From positions 1-41,983 of the forward strand of contig JAUCBJ010006451.1 in NCBI GenBank assembly GCA_032718475.1: 41,983 bases of DNA. Reading direction: 5' to 3'. Positions 11,547 through 24,400 of this stretch are shown one piece after another. The DNA is from Nemertoderma westbladi. Taxonomy: Eukaryota; Animalia; Xenacoelomorpha. Numbering within the stretch: the first letter of the stretch is position 1; each line of letters starts with the position of its first letter. Below the pieces are notes generated by a model, which worked only from the letters and a program-made list of their open reading frames with translations, was not told the DNA's origin and searched no databases. The position numbers and the translations under genes are program-made.

Positions 11547-12957
11547 GTGCTTTATGTAAGTATTCCAGTCAGCCTGGTACTGCCTAGAAACCAACAACGA
11601 CTAAGTTTGGACTACATTATGGAATCCTATAAAGACATATTCTTAGATCAATGTTTCTTTCCCCTTGATATCTTAGTTGACAGTGCACGCGTTGGTGAAA
11701 AGGTGTTTGGCGAAGAATTTCCTAAAGATTTAATTCGCATTATATTACGATGGGTCCCATTAATGTCTCCAGGGTTGAGGGAGCTCGAGTTGGATTTTTC
11801 AGTTTTTTGGGACACCCTAAAGTGGGCGAAAACATCAGCATATATCATGCTATCCGACATTGGGTTTGGTAGAATTCAATTCCCACAACTAAACACACTA
11901 AAGATTAATTCCTTGGTAAAATTTGATGACGCAGCCAATGCCGTCGCACAATCCTGTCCCAATCTGGTAACCTTGTGCCTTCCAAAATCCGACATCACAT
12001 CTGCTAGGAAGTTTGCGAACTTTAATTTTAAAGAGATGTAGGAAAATATCAGTCGACGATCTAATAGAATTACAGAAAGTATTACCTCGGGTTTCTATCG
12101 TTACAGATACAGATATTATAGGTTCAGATATTCCAATGAAGCTACTAAAGGGTTTAATTAAACGTGAAATAAATCCATCCGATACAAACTTCAACTTCAG
12201 TTATTTCACTCTCAAATTTTATGACTATTCTAAACTTAACGAATCTATCTATGACCAACTTCAAGTCGTTCTCACTCACTGCAAAGATACAGTTGAGCAT
12301 TTAAATTTCTACTTATATTGTCGGAATTGGAAAATCTCTGGAAGGTCTCTTTTTGAACAGCCACTATTCGCACCGCTCCAAGATTTTGGCCATTTAAAGA
12401 TTTTGCGTTTTCATGAACTCGATTATTCTCAATGCATTTCGGATGCTGTTAACAGAGGAGTTAGTTTACCTCAGGTCGAACATGTTGTATTGGATTGTTG
12501 CAAAGTTTCGTTTGTTGGTTTAGATCGGATGTTTCCAAACTTAAAGGAATTATCTCTAGAGTCCACCGATGTAGGAAACTTCCTTCCGCTAATGAACTCT
12601 GTAAAGACCCTTGGTATAGGTGAAGGGTCTTACAGGTCTCTTCTAACAGCCCTACGTAGCTTACCTTCATTGGGTAGGCTATCGATTGATTACCTGATAG
12701 TTGAACCGGCATTGACCAGAGAAGAGGTTCTAGTCGACCTTTATGATTTATTTTCTTCGGGAAATCTCGTTGAAGGGCTAAAGACCTTAAACATCAGTTA
12801 TGGAAGAAAAATAATGGATCCCACCACCGTTATGGATGTACCGCGATTTAGTACCGGTACTCGTAGTGATAATAATATCTTGCTATTTATACGTAATATT
12901 CTTTGTTATCGATGTAAAAACTTAACTTATTTTATAGACTATAGCACAAACAATTAG
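11547..12957 (+). pseudogene. Leucine-rich-repeat (RNI/FBXL-like) protein, frameshifted at ~12000-12015
   Basis: Overlapping ORFs 11547-12041 and 12013-12957 carry LRR motifs (PGLRELELDF, FPQLNTLKIN, SCPNLVTLCLPKSDIT, LRTLILKRCRKIS, FPNLKELSLES, LPSLGRLSID, CKNL); no room for a normal intron at the frame change. Confidence 0.7.
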
Positions 12958-13619
12958 TCTACGTAATTAGGTACTGAGAAAAGTTTTTCTATGGTTGAAT
13001 TTCTTGAATTACCGTGAATCCAACCCATTCGACCCTTACCCAATGGAAAAATAAGCGCAAGTTTGCTGCATTACTTTTAAATTGTATGGGTGCTCAAATT
13101 AAGCACCCTTATCCTTAGATATTAATCCTCTTAGGGTCCGTATTTATCTTAATTAAAAGCAGCTTAAATTTACTAGAAGATTACCTGTACATTTAGTGTG
13201 AGTCATGATTAAAAATATTGTAAAAGTGAATATTATATATAAAAGTGGTCAATTATTTGTGAAAAATCTTTAATTTTTAATTTTATGTTTTACAAGATAA
13301 ATATATATTTTTAATTTGAAAATCACCGATGTCGTCTGGGTAAAATATCTGTTTTCAATACTTAAATCGGGTTTATCGGGAATATCAGATTTTCACTTTA
13401 CTGTCGAAATTTTATTGAAATTTTATTAGAATTTTATATATTAAGAATTTCTGTGTTTTTTTTTATTTATCCTTTTTAAGTGTTTTATTGTGCTTATTTA
13501 TATCTTATAACCTGTATTACTATTTTCTAATAACTAGAGACTTTTTTTATTTTTTTTCCATTTTTTACCTGAAGGACATATACTAAAATAAAGCATAAAG
13601 TAGGCGTATGAGTATACAA

Positions 13620-13702
13620 TAGTGTTGCAACGGGATCGGGATCCACTATTTTCGGGATTGGGATTGCAACTGTCGGGATTCCGAATTTTGGGATCGGGAT
13701 TT
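13620..13702. mobile_element. Orphan hAT(Ac-like) terminus with GGGAT subterminal repeats
   Basis: TAGTGTTGCAAC followed by seven GGGAT motifs; partner end not seen. Confidence 0.45.
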
Positions 13703-14140
13703 TTTATTTTATTGCCTTGTAAAAAATACTTTTAAGAAATCTCATGTCCTCAAAATATCTAGATATGTAAAAATATCCACTGACTTTATCAAATGTTTCA
13801 CAGACGTAGTTTATTTCCCACGTAGCCACGTATTTCATTTCACTTACGTTTTTAATATAATCTCTGTTTGTGTTTAATTTACTTATTTTGAGTAATCTAG
13901 ATTTAAAGTCCATATTTTGTTGAATTAATTAATTTACGAACGGATTTATACTGTGTCACTTGTTAATTAATAGTTGATTTGATTGTTGGTATAGTTCAAT
14001 GGCTGATTGAGACGCCACCTAGCGTTATTATGCCCATATTTGTTTTATAATATCAGGTGCTTCTTTAAACCGCACGGTGGTACCCGGATGCCGTTAGTTG
14101 CCCCTCTAGGCCTTCCGTATATAAACGGCAGTTAGTGATC

Positions 14141-15402
14141 TACTACTACTAGGATCGGCATGCTGCATTGCAGCTGCATTATTAAGAATGCTGTGCCGGC
14201 TTATCGACAAAATTGCATCTAAATAATCGGACCTTAAGTGTCCGATTAATTCTCGATGACTTCCAAATCCTGGAAAGCCTATTCAAGGCTGCCCATGCCT
14301 TTCCCTTACGTATTCGAAGGTCCTCACCTGACTTCCGGATCCAAGTTTCAAGTTTGTATAATAGTAATCATATGATATGAAATTGCACTTGTTCGTCACC
14401 TAACGACGATTTATTATGGGGGTAGTGACTGTTTGCAATGGCAATGCCAGTCGAGGCCAACAGCCACCCCCTATGCACTGTAAATATAATTAAAGAAATT
14501 AGTATTATAGTAATGCTGTAAATCTGTTACTCGGGTTATTAAAATGAACATTTTTATGTGTTATTGCATTGCACCGTATAATATAATTAACGAAGAAAAA
14601 GTAGTAATTTACTATATGTAATATCGATTTGCCTTGTCTGTTTGTGTGTCTCATAAATTGTTTATTTTATTTTAATTTTAAATTAAATTTAATGTAAATC
14701 ATGTATATAGTCCTAAAAAAAAAAAGAGAAAATGATTACATCATGTGGTGTATTAAGAATGTCTTCAATTGTTTTTTGAATATATTTTTTGTTGTTGAAG
14801 TAGTTATTGGACTTGGTAAGATATTCCAAAAGGATGCACCCAAAACAGCAATAGACTCATGAGCCACATTCAGCCGTGTTAATGGTATGACGTATTTGCC
14901 TGCAGCGGCCGACCTACGTAGTGTTGTAACGATGAATCTCAGAGAAAGTTGTAAATAGATGAGAAAGTGGATGTTTAGGGTTGTTGGCTATATCGTACAT
15001 TAGTTGACCTAGCTGGTAATTGAATAGCGATTGTAAAGGTAATATATTGAGAGATTTATATATTGGTATGGAGGATGACCGGTAGTGACTGAAGGATCCT
15101 AGGATCATGGATGATCCCAGGTAACAGATGTCGTCCACATGCTCAAGCATACCATCCTTTGAGCTTATGCTCATCCGATCAGAGACTTGCTGAGGACTTT
15201 CAAAGTTAACTGTCAGAATTTTGGCCTTTCTGGAGTTAATAAAAAGACCAACACTAGAAGCAGCATGTTCTAATGAGCTGAGGAGCCGTTGGGCTCCCTC
15301 TTCTAGTGATTCTGAGAGTACTCCTAAGTCATCAGCAAAGTCTAGATCAGTTAGGTACTTGGCAGGATTTCCTCGACTTCTGGAGCCAGTAGGTGGATCG
15401 GA
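14141..15402 (-). mobile_element. 5'-truncated RTE-clade LINE, internally deleted, with 12-bp TSD
   Basis: TSD CAGTTAGTGATC at 14129-14140 and 15403-15414; (TAG)n tail; highly similar to 33214-34110 but lacking ~400 bp (equivalent of ~33296-33692); RT motif YLTDLDFADD. Confidence 0.9.
14343..15093 (-). mobile_element. 3' fragment of a CR1/L2-group (Crack/Daphne-like) LINE nested in the RTE copy
   Basis: Flanked by GGATCC (14337-14342, 15094-15099). Encodes FSHYRSSSIPIYKSLNILPL..YQLGQLMY..HRYNT(R)S..GASFWNILPSPI..FKKQLKTFL*, then an AT-rich 3' UTR ending in AAACTTGAAACTT. Confidence 0.85.
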
Positions 15403-15429
15403 CAGTTAGTGATCAGACATTCATCATAC

Positions 15430-18400
15430 TTCACTGTCAGCTGATCACATTTAAATCGACCTATAATTATACTTCGAATTAATTCACTGTCAGCTGATCA
15501 CATTTAAATCGATCTATAATTATACGTCGAATTAATTCACTGTCAGCTGATCACATTTAAGTCGACCTATAATTATACATTGAGATAATTCACTGTCAGC
15601 TGATCACATTTAAATCGACCTATAATTATACTTCGAATTAATTCACTGTCAGCTGATCACATTTAAATCGACCTATAATTATACTTCGAATTAATTCACT
15701 GTCAGCTGATCACATTTAAATCGACCTATAATTATACTTCGAATTAATTCACTGTCAGCTGATCACATTTAAATCGACCTATAATTATACTTCGAATTAA
15801 TTCACTGTCAGCTGATCACATTTAAATCGACCTATAATTATACTTCGAATTAATTCACTGTCAGCTGATCACATTTAAATCGACCTATAATTATACTTCG
15901 AATTAATTCACTGTCAGCTGATCACATTTAAATCGACCTATAATTATACTTCGAATTAATTCACTGTCAGCTGATCACATTTAAATCGACCTATAATTAT
16001 ACTTCGAATTAATTCACTGTCAGCTGATCACATTTAAATCGACCTATAATTATACTTCGAATTAATTCACTGTCAGCTGATCACATTTAAATCGACCTAT
16101 AATTATACTTCGAATTAATTCACTGTAAGCTGATCACATTTAAATCGACCTATAATTATACTTCGAATTAATTCACTGTCAGCTGATCACATTTAAATCG
16201 ACCTATAATTATACGTCGAATTAATTCACTGTCAGCTGATCACATTTAAATCGACCTATAATTATACTTCGAATTAATTCACTGTCAGCTGATCACATTT
16301 AAATCGACCTATAATTATACTTCTAATTAATTCATTGTCAGCTGATCACATTTAAATCGACCTATAATTATACTTCAAATTAATTCACTGTCAGCTGATC
16401 ACATTTAAATCGACCTATAATTATACTTCGAATTAATTCACTGTAAGCTGATCACATTTAAATCGACCTATAATTATACTTCGAATTAATTCACTGTCAG
16501 CTGATCACATTTAAATTGACCTATAATTATACATTGAAATAATACACTGTCAGCTGATCACATTTAAATCGACCTATAATTATACTTCGAATTAATTCAC
16601 TGTCAGCTGATCACATTTAAATCGACCTATAATTATACTTCGAATTAATTCACTGTCAGCTGATCACATTTAAATCGACCTATAATTATACTTCGAATTA
16701 ATTCACTGTAAGCTGATCACATTTAAATCGAACATTTAATTATACTTCAAATTAATTCACTGTCAGCTGATCACATTTAAATCGACCTATAATTATACTT
16801 CAAATTAATTCACTGTCAGCTGATCACATTTAAATCGACCAATAATTATACTTCGAATTAATTCACTGTAAGCTGATCACATTTAAATCGACCTATAATT
16901 ATACTTCGAATTAATTCACTGTAAGCTGATCACATTTAAATCGACCTATAATTATACGTCGAATTAATTCACTGTCAGCTGATCACATTTAAATCGACCT
17001 ATAATTATACTTCGAATTAATTCACTGTCAGCTGATCACATTTAAATCGACCTATAATTATACATTGAGATAATTCACTGTCAGCTGATCACATTTAAAT
17101 CGACCTATAATTATACTTCGAATTAATTCACTGTCAGCTGATCACATTTAAATCGACCTATAATTATACTTCGAATTAATTCACTGTCAGCTGATCACAT
17201 TTAAATCGACCTATAATTATACATTGAGATAATTCACTGTCAGCTGATCACATTTAAATCGACCTATAATTATACTTCGAATTAATTCACTGTCAGCTGA
17301 TCACATTTAAATCGACCTATAATTATACATTGAGATAATTCACTGTCAGCTGATCACATTTAAATCGACCTATAATTATACTTCGAATTAATTCACTGTC
17401 AGCTGATCACATTTAAATCGACCTATAATTATACGTCGAATTAATTCACTGTCAGCTGATCACATTTAAATCGACCTATAATTATACTTCAAATTAATTC
17501 ACTGTCAGCTGATCACATTTAAATCGACCTATAATTATACTTCAAATTAATTCACTGTCAGCTGATCACATTTAAATCGACCTATAATTATACTTCGAAT
17601 TAATTCACTGTCAGCTGATCACATTTAAATCGACCTATAATTATACTTCGAATTAATTCACTGTCAGCTGATCACATTTAAATCGACCTATAATTATACT
17701 TCGAATTAATTCACTGTCAGCTGATCACATTTAAATCGACCTATAATTATACTTCGAATTAATTCACTGTCAGCTGATCACATTTAAATCGACCTATAAT
17801 TATACTTCGAATTAATTCACTGTCAGCTGATCACATTTAAATCGACCTATAATTATACTTCGAATTAATTCACTGTCAGCTGATCACATTTAAATCGACC
17901 TATAATTATACTTCGAATTAATTCACTGTCAGCTGATCACATTTAAATCGACCTATAATTATACTTCGAATTAATTCACTGTAAGCTGATCACATTTAAA
18001 TCGACCTATAATTATACTTCGAATTAATTCACTGTCAGCTGATCACATTTAAATCGACCTATAATTATACGTCGAATTAATTCACTGTCAGCTGATCACA
18101 TTTAAATCGACCTATAATTATACTTCGAATTAATTCACTGTCAGCTGATCACATTTAAATCGACCTATAATTATACTTCTAATTAATTCATTGTCAGCTG
18201 ATCACATTTAAATCGACCTATAATTATACTTCAAATTAATTCACTGTCAGCTGATCACATTTAAATCGACCTATAATTATACTTCGAATTAATTCACTGT
18301 AAGCTGATCACATTTAAATCGACCTATAATTATACTTCGAATTAATTCACTGTCAGCTGATCACATTTAAATTGACCTATAATTATACATTGAAATAATA

Positions 18401-21400
18401 CACTGTCAGCTGATCACATTTAAATCGACCTATAATTATACTTCGAATTAATTCACTGTCAGCTGATCACATTTAAATCGACCTATAATTATACTTCGAA
18501 TTAATTCACTGTCAGCTGATCACATTTAAATCGACCTATAATTATACTTCGAATTAATTCACTGTAAGCTGATCACATTTAAATCGAACATTTAATTATA
18601 CTTCAAATTAATTCACTGTCAGCTGATCACATTTAAATCGACCTATAATTATACTTCAAATTAATTCACTGTCAGCTGATCACATTTAAATCGACCAATA
18701 ATTATACTTCGAATTAATTCACTGTAAGCTGATCACATTTAAATCGACCTATAATTATACTTCGAATTAATTCACTGTAAGCTGATCACATTTAAATCGA
18801 CCTATAATTATACGTCGAATTAATTCACTGTCAGCTGATCACATTTAAATCGACCTATAATTATACTTCGAATTAATTCACTGTCAGCTGATCACATTTA
18901 AATCGACCTATAATTATACATTGAGATAATTCACTGTCAGCTGATCACATTTAAATCGACCTATAATTATACTTCGAATTAATTCACTGTCAGCTGATCA
19001 CATTTAAATCGACCTATAATTATACTTCGAATTAATTCACTGTCAGCTGATCACATTTAAATCGACCTATAATTATACATTGAGATAATTCACTGTCAGC
19101 TGATCACATTTAAATCGACCTATAATTATACTTCGAATTAATTCACTGTCAGCTGATCACATTTAAATCGACCTATAATTATACATTGAGATAATTCACT
19201 GTCAGCTGATCACATTTAAATCGACCTATAATTATACTTCGAATTAATTCACTGTCAGCTGATCACATTTAAATCGACCTATAATTATACGTCGAATTAA
19301 TTCACTGTCAGCTGATCACATTTAAATCGACCTATAATTATACTTCAAATTAATTCACTGTCAGCTGATCACATTTAAATCGACCTATAATTATACTTCA
19401 AATTAATTCACTGTCAGCTGATCACATTTAAATCGACCTATAATTATACTTCGAATTAATTCACTGTCAGCTGATCACATTTAAATCGACCTATAATTAT
19501 ACATTGAGATAATTCACTGTCAGCTGATCACATTTAAATCGACCTATAATTATACATTGAGATAATTCACTGTCAGCTGATCACATTTAAATCGACCTAT
19601 AATTATACTTCGAATTAATTCACTGTCAGCTGATCACATTTAAATCGACCTATAATTATACGTCGAATTAATTCACTGTCAGCTGATCACATTTAAATCG
19701 ACCTATAATTATACATTGAGATAATTCACTGTCAGCTGATCACATTTAAATCGACCTATAATTATACTTCGAATTAATTCACTGTCAGCTGATCACATTT
19801 AAATCGACCTATAATTATACTTCGAATTAATTCACTGTCAGCTCATCACATTTAAATCGACCTATAATTATACATTGAGATAATTCACTGTCAGCTGATC
19901 ACATTTAAATCGACCTATAATTATACTTCGAATTAATTCACTGTCAGCTGATCACAGATCACATTTAAATCGACCTATAATTATACTTCGAATTAATTCA
20001 CTGTCAGCTGATCACATTTAAATCGACCTATAATTATACGTCGAATTAATTCACTGTCAGCTGATCACATTTAAATCGACCTATAATTATACATTGAGAT
20101 AATTCACTGTCAGCTGATCACATTTAAATCGACCTATAATTATACTTCGAATTAATTCACTGTCAGCTGATCACATTTAAATCGACCTATAATTATACGT
20201 CGAATTAATTCACTGTCAGCAGATCACATTAAATCGACCTATAATTATACATTGAGATAATTCACTGTCAGCTGATCACATTTAAATCGACCTATAATTA
20301 TACTTCAAATTAATTCACTGTCAGCTGATCACATTTAAATCGACCTATAATTATACTTCGAATTAATTCACTGTCAGCTGATCACATTTAAATCGACCTA
20401 TAATTATACATTGAGATAATTCACTGTCAGCTGATCACATTTAAATCGACCTATAATTATACATTGAGATAATTCACTGTCAGCTGATCACATTTAAATC
20501 GACCTATAATTATACTTCGAATTAATTCACTGTCAGCTGATCACATTTAAATCGACCTATAATTATACGTCGAATTAATTCACTGTCAGCTGATCACATT
20601 TAAATCGACCTATAATTATACATTGAGATAATTCACTGTCAGCTGATCACATTTAAATCGACCTATAATTATACTTCGAATTAATTCACTGTCAGCTGAT
20701 CACATTTAAATCGACCTATAATTATACTTCGAATTAATTCACTGTCAGCTCATCACATTTAAATCGACCTATAATTATACATTGAGATAATTCACTGTCA
20801 GCTGATCACATTTAAATCGACCTATAATTATACTTCGAATTAATTCACTGTCAGCTGATCACATTTAAATCGACCTATAATTATACTTCGAATTAATTCA
20901 CTGTCAGCTGATCACATTTAAATCGACCTATAATTATACATTGAGATAATTCACTGTCAGCTGATCACATTTAAATCGACCTATAATTATACTTCGAATT
21001 AATTCACTGTCAGCTGATCACATTTAAATCGACCTATAATTATACTTCGAATTAATTCACTGTCAGCTCATCACATTTAAATCGACCTATAATTATACAT
21101 TGAGATAATTCACTGTCAGCTGATCACATTTAAATCGACCTATAATTATACTTCGAATTAATTCACTGTCAGCTGATCACATTTAAATCGACCTATAATT
21201 ATACTTCGAATTAATTCACTGTCAGCTGATCACATTTAAATCGACCTATAATTATACATTGAGATAATTCACTGTCAGCTGATCACATTTAAATCGACCT
21301 ATAATTATACTTCGAATTAATTCACTGTCAGCTGATCACATTTAAATCGACCTATAATTATACGTCGAATTAATTCACTGTCAGCTGATCACATTTAAAT

Positions 21401-24400
21401 CGACCTATAATTATACTTCGAATTAATTCACTGTCAGCTGATCACATTTAAATCGATCTATAATTATACATTGAGATAATTCACTGTCAGCTGATCACAT
21501 TTAAATCGACCTATAATTATACTTCGAATTAATTCACTGTCAGCTGATCACATTTAAATCGACCTATAATTATACTTCGAATTAATTCACTGTCAGCTGA
21601 TCACATTTAAATCGACCTATAATTATACATTGAGATAATTCACTGTCAGCTGATCACATTTAAATCGACCTATAATTATACTTCGAATTAATTCACTGTC
21701 AGCTGATCACATTTAAATCGACCTATAATTATACATTGAGATAATTCACTGTCAGCTGATCACATTTAAATCGACCTATAATTATACTTCAAATTAATTC
21801 ACTGTCAGCTGATCACATTTAAATCGACCTATAATTATACTTCGAATTAATTCACTGTCAGCTGATCACATTTAAATCGACCTATAATTATACATTGAGA
21901 TAATTCACTGTCAGCTGATCACATTTAAATCGACCTATAATTATACATTGAGATAATTCACTGTCAGCTGATCACATTTAAATCGACCTATAATTATACT
22001 TCGAATTAATTCACTGTCAGCTGATCACATTTAAATCGACCTATAATTATACGTCGAATTAATTCACTGTCAGCTGATCACATTTAAATCGACCTATAAT
22101 TATACATTGAGATAATTCACTGTCAGCTGATCACATTTAAATCGACCTATAATTATACTTCGAATTAATTCACTGTCAGCTGATCACATTTAAATCGACC
22201 TATAATTATACTTCGAATTAATTCACTGTCAGCTCATCACATTTAAATCGACCTATAATTATACATTGAGATAATTCACTGTCAGCTGATCACATTTAAA
22301 TCGACCTATAATTATACTTCGAATTAATTCACTGTCAGCTGATCACAGATCACATTTAAATCGACCTATAATTATACTTCGAATTAATTCACTGTCAGCT
22401 GATCACATTTAAATCGACCTATAATTATACGTCGAATTAATTCACTGTCAGCTGATCACATTTAAATCGACCTATAATTATACATTGAGATAATTCACTG
22501 TCAGCTGATCACATTTAAATCGACCTATAATTATACTTCGAATTAATTCACTGTCAGCTGATCACATTTAAATCGACCTATAATTATACGTCGAATTAAT
22601 TCACTGTCAGCAGATCACATTAAATCGACCTATAATTATACATTGAGATAATTCACTGTCAGCTGATCACATTTAAATCGACCTATAATTATACTTCAAA
22701 TTAATTCACTGTCAGCTGATCACATTTAAATCGACCTATAATTATACTTCGAATTAATTCACTGTCAGCTGATCACATTTAAATCGACCTATAATTATAC
22801 ATTGAGATAATTCACTGTCAGCTGATCACATTTAAATCGACCTATAATTATACATTGAGATAATTCACTGTCAGCTGATCACATTTAAATCGACCTATAA
22901 TTATACTTCGAATTAATTCACTGTCAGCTGATCACATTTAAATCGACCTATAATTATACGTCGAATTAATTCACTGTCAGCTGATCACATTTAAATCGAC
23001 CTATAATTATACATTGAGATAATTCACTGTCAGCTGATCACATTTAAATCGACCTATAATTATACTTCGAATTAATTCACTGTCAGCTGATCACATTTAA
23101 ATCGACCTATAATTATACTTCGAATTAATTCACTGTCAGCTCATCACATTTAAATCGACCTATAATTATACATTGAGATAATTCACTGTCAGCTGATCAC
23201 ATTTAAATCGACCTATAATTATACTTCGAATTAATTCACTGTCAGCTGATCACATTTAAATCGACCTATAATTATACTTCGAATTAATTCACTGTCAGCT
23301 CATCACATTTAAATCGACCTATAATTATACATTGAGATAATTCACTGTCAGCTGATCACATTTAAATCGACCTATAATTATACTTCGAATTAATTCACTG
23401 TCAGCTGATCACATTTAAATCGACCTATAATTATACTTCGAATTAATTCACTGTCAGCTGATCACATTTAAATCGACCTATAATTATACATTGAGATAAT
23501 TCACTGTCAGCTGATCACATTTAAATCGACCTATAATTATACTTCGAATTAATTCACTGTCAGCTGATCACATTTAAATCGACCTATAATTATACGTCGA
23601 ATTAATTCACTGTCAGCTGATCACATTTAAATCGACCTATAATTATACTTCGAATTAATTCACTGTCAGCTGATCACATTTAAATCGATCTATAATTATA
23701 CATTGAGATAATTCACTGTCAGCTGATCACATTTAAATCGACCTATAATTATACTTCGAATTAATTCACTGTCAGCTGATCACATTTAAATCGACCTATA
23801 ATTATACTTCGAATTAATTCACTGTCAGCTGATCACATTTAAATCGACCTATAATTATACATTGAGATAATTCACTGTCAGCTGATCACATTTAAATCGA
23901 CCTATAATTATACTTCGAATTAATTCACTGTCAGCTGATCACATTTAAATCGACCTATAATTATACATTGAGATAATTCACTGTCAGCTGATCACATTTA
24001 AATCGACCTATAATTATACTTCGAATTAATTCACTGTCAGCTGATCACATTTAAATCGACCTATAATTATACGTCGAATTAATTCACTGTCAGCTGATCA
24101 CATTTAAATCGACCTATAATTATACTTCAAATTAATTCACTGTCAGCTGATCACATTTAAATCGACCTATAATTATACTTCAAATTAATTCACTGTCAGC
24201 TGATCACATTTAAATCGACCTATAATTATACTTCGAATTAATTCACTGTCAGCTGATCACATTTAAATCGACCTATAATTATACATTGAGATAATTCACT
24301 GTCAGCTGATCACATTTAAATCGACCTATAATTATACATTGAGATAATTCACTGTCAGCTGATCACATTTAAATCGACCTATAATTATACTTCGAATTAA

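Noticed and set aside
14914-15174. 86-aa ORF as a gene
   Set aside because: Chance in-frame fusion of two different LINE fragments.
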